Origin: Halomicronema hongdechloris C2206
GTDB lineage: Bacteria; Cyanobacteriota; Cyanobacteriia; Phormidesmidales; Phormidesmidaceae
Assembly: GCF_002075285.3 (NCBI RefSeq)
Contig: NZ_CP021983.2
Location: forward strand, 4,200,001 to 4,232,000
Direction of reading: 5' to 3'
DNA length: 32,000 nucleotides
Below are positions 14,377 through 20,994 of the stretch, piece by piece; within the stretch, counting starts at the first letter, position 1; each line of letters opens with the position of its first letter. The position numbers were made by a program, and so were the translations under genes. The notes beneath the pieces were generated by a model. The model did no database searches. It had not been told where the DNA came from and saw only the letters and a program-made list of their open reading frames with translations.

Positions 14377-15231
14377 ATGCTACGAGATGCCCGCGATTAC
14401 CAGATTGGTTTCTTGGCCCTATTTCTGATACTAGGGGTGGCTACCCGCGATTGGACCCTGCGCCCTGAGGTGGTGGGCAGTGCGATCGCAACTTGTCTAG
14501 CCAGCCAAGTCATCCTGCAGCAACTGGTAGACAATCGCCCAAGTTGGATAACCATGATAGGAGGCAGGGAAGCTAGGGGGCTAGGGAGCTGGGGCGCAAA
14601 CTGGTCAGCCAACTGCCGCCATAGTGACTTCGAGACCCGTCAACGCTTACTCCCCCTCTCCCCGGTTAGTCTCAATTGGCGCAGCCCCCTGATCACCGCC
14701 TTGGGCCTGAGCCTACTACTACGGGTGGAGCACCCTGGCACCATGGTGTTGGTCTCGGCCCTGGCCATCGCCAGTAAGTTTGTCATCCAAAGCGAGGGCA
14801 AGCACCTGTTCAATCCCGCCAATTTTGGCATCATCGCCGGGCTGCTGCTGACCCAGGATGCTTGGGTATCGCCGGGGCAATGGGGCGACGAGGTCTGGTA
14901 TGCCCTGATCTTCTTGGGGGCAGGCGGCCTGGTGCTGAAACGGGTGGGCCGCTGGGACACCACCGTCGCCTTTCTGGGGGCCTACGCCGGCCTGGAGGCC
15001 CTGCGTAATCTCTGGTTGGGCTGGGCCTGGGACGTTTGGAGTCACCGCCTCATGAGCGGCTCCCTGCTGCTGTTCGCCCTGTTCATGGTCACCGACCCCC
15101 GCTCCATCCCCAATGCCCGCCCGGCTCGGCTGCTTTGGGCCATGGCCATTGCCCTGCTCACCTTTGTCTTGCGCAACTACGCCTACTTGCCCACCGCCGT
15201 CTTCTGGGCCTATTTGCCCTGGCTCCCCTGA
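14377..15231 (+). CDS. Polytopic membrane protein, possibly NqrB/RnfD-like
   Basis: Multiple hydrophobic helices. The motifs HLFNPANFGI and SPGQWG recall NqrB/RnfD-like proteins from memory, so the family call is weak. A hydrophilic insert at nt ~14555-14670 includes an octamer tandem repeat. Confidence 0.7.
   Translation: MLRDARDYQIGFLALFLILGVATRDWTLRPEVVGSAIATCLASQVILQQLVDNRPSWITMIGGREARGLGSWGANWSANCRHSDFETRQRLLPLSPVSLNWRSPLITALGLSLLLRVEHPGTMVLVSALAIASKFVIQSEGKHLFNPANFGIIAGLLLTQDAWVSPGQWGDEVWYALIFLGAGGLVLKRVGRWDTTVAFLGAYAGLEALRNLWLGWAWDVWSHRLMSGSLLLFALFMVTDPRSIPNARPARLLWAMAIALLTFVLRNYAYLPTAVFWAYLPWLP
14566..14597 (+). repeat. Octamer tandem repeat AGGGAAGC TAGGGGGC TAGGGAGC TGGGGCGC inside a coding region
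   Basis: Read directly as four consecutive 8-mers. It translates as part of the ..GGREARGLGSWGAN.. loop of the membrane protein. Confidence 0.8.
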
Positions 15232-15585
15232 CTCCCCTGCTCGATCGCCTCTGGCCTGCTGAGGCGTTTTGTCTGGCGCTGGAGACGGGTAGGAGAATGT
15301 TAACGATATGACCAGGGCGGCTTGTGGTGAGCGATGTCGAATCACTGCCTGGATTCTGATGAGGCTTGTTAGTCGATGGTGATGGACTTCGATAAGACTA
15401 CGCTTAATCGGGTAGCTCAGGGATCTCACCCGAGGGGATCTCGTTCCCCCTCGGACTCCTACGACCAGGGCGTTCCGCCGCCCTGGACCCCGCGGAAGGG
15501 CTTGTCGGTTAGTCGTCCAAGATCGCGTTGCATCGGTGAGGAGCCGGTTTTCTGCATTGGGCGCGGCAACCACGCCCCTACCCTG

Positions 15586-15932
15586 TCCCCTGTTCCCTTT
15601 ACCCACCTACTCGCCTACCCGCCTACCCATCCATGTCTCGTGGGTCCTTCTTTGGCCACACATTGCTTTCCCTGTTTCAAGCGGCAAGACCCACGCTACT
15701 CCCCATCACCCCATCACTCCATCACCCTTTACCCATCCACTCGTCACTCGTCACTTCCCCCCTTCCCGTCCTCCGCCCTCCACCCTCCGTTTTCCTTTTC
15801 CCCATCACCCCTAAGCCCTCCGGGCAGGCTCCGCCACCACCCCATCACTCCATCACCCTTTACCCATCCACTCGTCACTCGTCACTCGTCACTCCTCACT
15901 TCCCCCTTTCCCGTCCTCCGTTCTCCGTTTTG
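15586..15932 (+). repeat. Composite C-rich repeat region with a 47-nt perfect direct duplication
   Basis: CCCCATCACTCCATCACCCTTTACCCATCCACTCGTCACTCGTCACT occurs at 15709-15755 and again at 15840-15886. Both copies continue into TTCCCC..CCCGTCCTCCG..CTCCGTTTT, giving full copies of ~15701-15794 and ~15840-15931. A partial third copy (CCCTTTACCCACCTACTCG) is at ~15594-15612. The internal unit is the heptamer (CACTCGT)n. The block ends 3 nt before the ATG at 15935. Confidence 0.9.
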
Positions 15933-15934
15933 CC

Positions 15935-17278
15935 ATGAATCGCCTCTTAACTATCCTCTTGATCGGTCTCGCGTTTCTCCTGCTGGCACCGCCAGCGGAG
16001 GCCTTCTGTGGCTTCTATGTGGCTCAGGCCGACAGCAGTTTGTATAACCAGGCCTCTCAAGTTGCGATCGCACACCATCATCACCACACCACCCTGACCA
16101 TGGCCAATGACTACCAAGGGGATGTCTCAGAATTTGCCTTGGTGGTGCCAGTGCCGACGGTAATTGCACCAGAGCAGGTGCAGATTGCCGATCCTGCCAT
16201 CATGCAGCGGTTGGATAGCTTCAGTGCTCCCCGGTTGGTGTACTACCCCGAGACCATCGCCCCCTGCAGTGAGCTCCAACATTTACTGTGGCCTTACACC
16301 CTCGCCTCTGGCGGGATAGCCCAACTGGAAAGCCGACGCGACCAAGCCGCCTCAGCCTTGGGCGTGACGGTGGAATCGCGCTTTACCCTAGGAGAGTACG
16401 ACATTCTGGTGTTGAGTGCTGAAGCATCAGACGGGCTAGAGACCTGGCTGCGACAGAACGACTATCGCTTGCCTCAGGGAGTCAGTCAGGTATTAAAGCC
16501 CTACATTCGTCAGGGCATGAAGTTCTTCGTGGCCCGGGTCAATTTGGCTGAATTTGACCGCCTCGGCTACCAGATCCTGCGGCCGCTGCAAATTAACTAC
16601 GAGTCTCCCCGGTTCATGCTGCCCATTCGTCTGGGCATGGTGAATGCCGACGGTGAGCAGGATCTGATTGTTTACCTACTATCTTCCCGGGGACGGGCCG
16701 AGACCACTAACTACCGCCTGTTAGAGATTCCGACCGATGACACCCTGCCTGGCTTTGTGGCCGACGATTTTGGTGCTGTGTACCCGACCATCTTCCGGCA
16801 CGCCCATCAACGGGCTGGGGGCAACGTCGCCTTCCTCGAATATGCCTGGGACATGAGCTGGTGTGATCCTTGCGCCGCTGATCCCCTCAGCCGCGACGAG
16901 CTGGAGCAGGCTGGCGTCTCCTGGTTAGACCATCAAGGGGGCCCCCCCAATGTCTATCTCACCCGGCTGCATGTACGCTACCGTCGCGACACCTTCCCCG
17001 AAGATCTGGTGTTTCAAGAAACCGGCAATCGTCGCAACTTTCAGGGACGCTATGTGATCAAACGCCGCTCCGTCAGCGACACCGATGCCGGAGCATGCCT
17101 ACAGCAGACGCTGAGCCACCTGCGAAGTGACTGGCAGCGAACTCGGGAAGCCGATTCCACCTCGAATGACTTTCCCACCTTCCTGCGACATTATCTGCTG
17201 AATGAGGCCGGGTGGACGACGCCAATCGCTGGAGTGGCCGTGTCTATCCCAGTTTCGATGCCGACGCCGATCCGCTGA
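15935..17278 (+). CDS. DUF2330 domain protein (secreted/periplasmic), possibly continuing in the next ORF
   Basis: Signal peptide MNRLLTILLIGLAFLLLAPPAEA followed by FCGFYVAQADSSLYNQASQVAI...TLTMANDYQGDVSEFALVVPVP. I recognise this from memory as the DUF2330 N-terminal signature. Confidence 0.8.
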   Translation: MNRLLTILLIGLAFLLLAPPAEAFCGFYVAQADSSLYNQASQVAIAHHHHHTTLTMANDYQGDVSEFALVVPVPTVIAPEQVQIADPAIMQRLDSFSAPRLVYYPETIAPCSELQHLLWPYTLASGGIAQLESRRDQAASALGVTVESRFTLGEYDILVLSAEASDGLETWLRQNDYRLPQGVSQVLKPYIRQGMKFFVARVNLAEFDRLGYQILRPLQINYESPRFMLPIRLGMVNADGEQDLIVYLLSSRGRAETTNYRLLEIPTDDTLPGFVADDFGAVYPTIFRHAHQRAGGNVAFLEYAWDMSWCDPCAADPLSRDELEQAGVSWLDHQGGPPNVYLTRLHVRYRRDTFPEDLVFQETGNRRNFQGRYVIKRRSVSDTDAGACLQQTLSHLRSDWQRTREADSTSNDFPTFLRHYLLNEAGWTTPIAGVAVSIPVSMPTPIR

Positions 17279-17472
17279 CCTATCTGAAGCAGTTGACCAT
17301 CGATGTCTATCGCCAGTCAAACCAACGCTTCCTCGAGGCCCTACAGCAGGAGGCTCGTACCCTAGCTGACCTAACCGGCTGGGATCTCGATCAGGTACGG
17401 CAGCGGATGGCCACATCTTCTCAGCCCTTACCGGCCGCCTGGCGACTGCGGTACAGGGACCTGGAGGAGTGA
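17212..17472 (+). CDS. Either the C-terminal continuation of the DUF2330 gene (frame break at GGG 17210-17212) or a separate overlapping 86-aa gene
   Basis: The translation looks protein-like (..DPLTYLKQLTIDVYRQSNQRFLEALQQEARTLADLTGWDLDQVRQRM..). It overlaps the previous ORF by 67 nt and has a GTG start. Adding one G at 17210-17212 fuses the two frames (..LLNEAGVDDANRW..). Confidence 0.45.
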   Translation: MDDANRWSGRVYPSFDADADPLTYLKQLTIDVYRQSNQRFLEALQQEARTLADLTGWDLDQVRQRMATSSQPLPAAWRLRYRDLEE

Positions 17473-17556
17473 GGAGTGAAGAGCTTGCCCTGAGCTTGCC
17501 GAAGGGTGAAGAGTGATTACTCGTTACTCGCCACTCCCCCACTCCCCCACTCCCCC
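17464..17556 (+). repeat. Short tandem repeats: (GAGGAGT)x2-3, GAGCTTGCC x2, (ACTCCCCC)x3
   Basis: Read directly: GAGGAGT at 17464-17470 and 17471-17477, and ACTCCCCC at 17533-17540, 17541-17548 and 17549-17556. The G-rich 5' arm and C-rich 3' arm are partly complementary (GGAGTGAGGAGTG versus CACTCCCCCACTCC). Confidence 0.85.
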
Positions 17557-17698
17557 GCACCGGAACTCAGCTGACACCAGCCCCAGTCTAGGGAAAGGAG
17601 GCTCAACTACGGATGGAAATTTGGTTGAAGCTGTTATAGTGGTCTCCGTTGCGTTGGCAAAAACGCCGATTCCTTTGCTCTAAGGGGGCTTTTGCGGT

Positions 17699-19213
17699 TT
17701 GCATAGTCACTGGCTAATTCCCAGCAGCTTGGGTGCTATGAGTGCCCTGGTGGTGACTCTACCGGTCCAAGCAGCCCAGCTGCAATCCTGGTGGTTTGAT
17801 AGTAATACGAACCGGTTGAGCTTCCTCACCGATGTGGGGGTGCAACCCAGGGCCCAAATGATTTTCAACCCCACCCGCATTGTGGTGGATCTGCCTGGCA
17901 CTACTCTGGGACGCCCGACAGCCCATCAAACTTTCTCGGGAGCCGTGCGGGAGGTGCGGGTAGGCCAATTTGATCCTCAGACTGCCCGTCTTGTCATCGA
18001 GCTTGACCCTGGCTACAGCGTAGATCCTCAACAGGTGGAAATTCGAGGGATTCGGGCCAATCAATGGATCGTTCAATTACCCTCGCCTCAACCCCAAGCC
18101 AGGAGTAATCGTCCCAGTTCCCCACCGGTTCAAAATCAGATCACGGGCCAGACCGTAGAGGCGACGACCCGGTTAGAGAGCATCGTTACTACCCCCGATG
18201 GCTTCTTTTTGCGGACCCAGGGACCAGTCCCGGAGCTATCACTGCAGCGACGCGATCGCAAAGATGGCCCTCGTCAAATCACCATCGACTTGCTGGATAC
18301 CTCGATTTCAGAGCGGCTGCGCTCAGTGGGATTGCCGGAAAATCGCTACAGTATCCGCTCCTGGGAGGTCCAGCAGCTGGCATCATCACCGCCCCAAGCC
18401 AGAATCACCCTGACCCTGGATGACGCCAGTCCCGATTGGCGAGTGACCGCCAGCAACTTGGGAGGCATCATTGTCGTGCCCCCGGCTGGGGTGTCCATCA
18501 ACACGATTCCGGATCAGGCCCCGACAGTAGCAGCCAGCACCACGACCACCGAGCCGGCCCCCAGCGCAGCATCACAGTCACCGGCGGCAGTTCCCATCGT
18601 ACCCACGCCAGCTGCGGATGAGCCGCCGAGGCCGACCCCCAACGTCCAAGCTGCCACCGTGCCCAATGAACGGGTGGTGGTGGTCATCGATCCGGGCCAT
18701 GGGGGGCGTGATCCAGGGGCGGTGGGTATTGCTGGGTTACAGGAAAAGCAGGTGATTTTCCCGATCTCGCTGCGGGTGCGGGAGCTGCTGGAACAGCAAG
18801 GCGTCCAGGTGGTGATGACTCGCTATGATGATCGCACCCTGGAACTGCAAACCCGGGTGGATATTGCCGAGCGGGCCGATGCCGACCTGTTTGTCAGCAT
18901 CCATGCCAATGCCATTAATCTGAGTCGACCCGATGTCAATGGCATCGAGACCTACTACTTTTCAGCGGCGGGGCGACGGCTGGCCGAGGTGATGCACGCT
19001 AGTATGCTAAGTGCTTCCGGCATGAATGACCGTGGGGTCCGCCAAGCCCGGTTCTTTGTGCTGCGACGGACTTCTATGCCAGCCACCCTGTTGGAGGTGG
19101 GCTTTGTCACCGGTGCCCAAGATGCCCCCCGGCTATCGGATCCGGCCTGGCGGGAGCGGATGGCTGGCGCCATTGCCCAAGGAATTTTGCGCTATATTCA
19201 GCAGAATTTTTAA
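17699..19213 (+). CDS. amiC: N-acetylmuramoyl-L-alanine amidase with two N-terminal AMIN domains (AmiC type)
   Basis: C-terminal Amidase_3 motifs are VVVIDPGHGGRDPGA, FVSIHANA, ETYY and LLEVGFVT. The N-terminal QLQSWWFDSNTNRLSFLTD..VVDLPG and a second similar module match AMIN domains. The TTG start at 17699 is the only start in the open frame and sits ~11 nt after AAGGGGG. Confidence 0.9.
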   Translation: MHSHWLIPSSLGAMSALVVTLPVQAAQLQSWWFDSNTNRLSFLTDVGVQPRAQMIFNPTRIVVDLPGTTLGRPTAHQTFSGAVREVRVGQFDPQTARLVIELDPGYSVDPQQVEIRGIRANQWIVQLPSPQPQARSNRPSSPPVQNQITGQTVEATTRLESIVTTPDGFFLRTQGPVPELSLQRRDRKDGPRQITIDLLDTSISERLRSVGLPENRYSIRSWEVQQLASSPPQARITLTLDDASPDWRVTASNLGGIIVVPPAGVSINTIPDQAPTVAASTTTTEPAPSAASQSPAAVPIVPTPAADEPPRPTPNVQAATVPNERVVVVIDPGHGGRDPGAVGIAGLQEKQVIFPISLRVRELLEQQGVQVVMTRYDDRTLELQTRVDIAERADADLFVSIHANAINLSRPDVNGIETYYFSAAGRRLAEVMHASMLSASGMNDRGVRQARFFVLRRTSMPATLLEVGFVTGAQDAPRLSDPAWRERMAGAIAQGILRYIQQNF

Positions 19214-19253
19214 GCCTAAGGAGAATCCTAGGAAAGAAAATACCCCCATGTAG

Positions 19254-19275
19254 GGGCGCAGGGCCTGCGCCCTTT
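19254..19275. terminator. GC-rich hairpin between convergent genes (candidate terminator)
   Basis: GGGCGCA (19254-19260) pairs with TGCGCCC (19266-19272) around a 5-nt loop, followed by TTT. The U tract is short. Confidence 0.4.
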
Positions 19276-19328
19276 GGTGATGCTTTCCAAATATCCTCTA
19301 AGCAGATTAGGGAGCAAGGGGGACAAAA

Positions 19329-20729
19329 TCATAGCCAGAGCCAGAGCGGGAACCAGGTTCTACGGTCACCCAGTTGCATGGCCTGGTTGCGATCCCCGGA
19401 CGGCAAGAATCGAATCGGTCCCGTGGCCCCCTCGACTTGAAAGCTAGGCGCTGATAAGGCCTGCTGAACTCCCTCGCGGCTAGGGGCTTGCTCCAGGGCA
19501 GCGGCTAGGGCCAAGGTGGCATCGTAGGCCATGGCCGTGCGCCAATTGACATCGCCGCCCCAGAGTTGGCGGGAGGTGGTGACAAAATCGCTATTGGGGG
19601 TCGACAGCAGCATCCAGGGCACCGCCACCACCATGCCAACGGCGGCTTCGCCACCAACTTGTAGGGTTTTGGGATTGTAGACACTATCGCCGCCCAGCAT
19701 GGCCAGCCGTTGGCGATTGACGGCAACTACCTGTAGGGCCTGGTCTAGGGTGGCCGTATTTGAGGCCAGCACAATCACCTCAGCCCCTTGCTGAATTGCC
19801 GACTCCAGTGTGTTGCCAGCGCTGAAATCGGGCGCCGCCAAGTCATACTCGGCTAGCACTTGGCCGCCATCGCTATAGAGAGCGGTGGTAAATTCCTCCT
19901 TCAAGGATTTGCTGTAGTCACTCTCGGCGTTGAAGTAGATGACGGCATTTTGCCGACCCAGATCACCGACGAGATAGCGAGACAGGGTAGTGGCCGTAAA
20001 ACTATCACTGGGGACGGTGCGAAATACATAGTCGCCAGCCCCAGAAATGCTGACGGAGGTACTGGTGGGGGAAATAACAGGCACCCCTTCGGCCTCGTAG
20101 ACTTCGCTGGCGGCTAGGGTGGTGGCACTGCCAAAGTGACCCACGACGCCGAGGATGTCTGAGTGCTCGGTCAAGGCTGGGGCCACCTCGGCAGCCACCT
20201 CTGGGCTGTTGTCGTCGCTGACGATCATCACCTTAATCGGGGTACCATTGACGCCCCCGGTTTGATTCAGGGTGGCTTGAGCCTGGGCCACCCCCCGTAG
20301 AATCTCCTGGGCCGGGTCAACGGCGGTGGCCGCGGGTACAGCGACGGCTAGGGTAAAACTATCGCCCTGGCCAATGCGAGCATTGTTGAGATAGATCAGG
20401 GCCTCTGGGTCGTTGCGGTTGGCCTGCAATGACGCCTCGAGCTGCTTAACAGCCTGGTCATAATTCTCAGATGCGATCGCATCCACGCCGGCCAGTTTCT
20501 GCGGCGACGATTGATTAACCACCAAGATCCGCTGCCCAGTGCTCAGCCTTTGGGGGACAGGGATGGCTGAAGCTGCCTGATCAGACTGGGCAGTCGGCGC
20601 TGGTGACCCCGGCAACACTCCCCCTAAAAATCCTTGCTTATTCAACCACCAAGTCATTCCGCCCAGGAGTGCTGCGGTTGTAATCAAGGCCAAAATCAGG
20701 GCTGGGGCTTCATTCTTTCGCTGCGACAT
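19329..20729 (-). CDS. ABC transporter substrate-binding protein, LivJ/Peripla_BP_6-like, with an N-terminal membrane anchor
   Basis: Start is set to ATG 20729 (MSQRKNEAPALILALITTAALLGG). The body (..GTPIKVMIVSDDNSPEVAAEVA..ILGVVGHFGSATTLAASEVYEAEGVPVISPTSTS..YVFRTVPSD..) is typical of branched-chain-amino-acid-type binding proteins. The last 14 codons look out of frame. Removing one C from CCC at 19369-19371 gives ..NQAMQLVTVEPGSRSGSGYDFVPLAP with a stop at 19307-19309. That tail resembles the usual family C-terminus as I remember it. Confidence 0.85.
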   Translation of the reverse strand: MSQRKNEAPALILALITTAALLGGMTWWLNKQGFLGGVLPGSPAPTAQSDQAASAIPVPQRLSTGQRILVVNQSSPQKLAGVDAIASENYDQAVKQLEASLQANRNDPEALIYLNNARIGQGDSFTLAVAVPAATAVDPAQEILRGVAQAQATLNQTGGVNGTPIKVMIVSDDNSPEVAAEVAPALTEHSDILGVVGHFGSATTLAASEVYEAEGVPVISPTSTSVSISGAGDYVFRTVPSDSFTATTLSRYLVGDLGRQNAVIYFNAESDYSKSLKEEFTTALYSDGGQVLAEYDLAAPDFSAGNTLESAIQQGAEVIVLASNTATLDQALQVVAVNRQRLAMLGGDSVYNPKTLQVGGEAAVGMVVAVPWMLLSTPNSDFVTTSRQLWGGDVNWRTAMAYDATLALAAALEQAPSREGVQQALSAPSFQVEGATGPIRFLPSGDRNQAMQLGDRRTWFPLWLWL

Positions 20730-20876
20730 AGGGATCTTTAATCGTCTGTGCCCTACCTTAGCGAGTCTCCATGGTCCATGAGCGGCTTGCCAAGACATCT
20801 TTACGCTGAGAACGATGGTTCGCTACCGCTGACCTTCCCAATCAGTCATAATCGTTTACAATAGTTAATATTGAAG

Positions 20877-20942
20877 TGGTGCGTTTTTGGCTCCTTGTGT
20901 AAACGCACCCGCTGCTCCAGTCTGGGGGGACTGGAGCTTTTT
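20877..20942 (+). ncRNA. Candidate small RNA: two stable hairpins, the second an intrinsic terminator
   Basis: Hairpin 1 pairs GGTGCGTTT (20878-20886) with AAACGCACC (20901-20909) around a 14-nt loop. Hairpin 2 pairs GCTCCAGTC (20914-20922) with GACTGGAGC (20929-20937) around a 6-nt loop, followed by TTTTT (20938-20942). A -10-like TAATAT lies at 20866-20871. Both neighbouring genes are on the minus strand, so no plus-strand CDS needs this terminator. Confidence 0.4.
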
Positions 20943-20946
20943 CTTC
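20914..20946 (+). terminator. Rho-independent terminator (9-bp GC-rich stem plus T5)
   Basis: Perfect 9-bp stem, 6-nt loop and TTTTTCTTC tail on the plus strand. On the minus strand the hairpin is followed by AGCGGG, with no U tract. Confidence 0.6.
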
Positions 20947-20994
20947 TAGGCGCAGGATATGTCCTGGGGTTAGTCCTCTCAGGGGGCAGTGCCA

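Noticed and set aside
15409-15480. tRNA-like string GGGTAGCTCAGGG
   Set aside because: It resembles a D-arm, but I could find no acceptor stem, no anticodon arm and no GTTCRANYC T-loop in the right register.
14719-15606. Long antisense ORFs: the 295-aa minus-strand ORF here, plus similar ones such as 6372..6893(-), 8584..9063(-), 22849..23433(-) and 28797..29291(-)
   Set aside because: These are shadow ORFs opposite well-supported genes in GC-rich DNA, with Gly/Arg/Pro-rich compositions and no motifs. 8584..9063(-) was considered as an immunity gene for the DUF4157 protein, but it lies fully antisense inside it with no start context.
15376-16047. ORFs 15376..16047, 15536..15814 and 15633..15938 (P/S/H/T-rich 'proteins')
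   Set aside because: Three overlapping frames are open over the same C-rich, stop-poor repeat DNA. The composition is low-complexity and one of them runs across the well-supported ATG at 15935.
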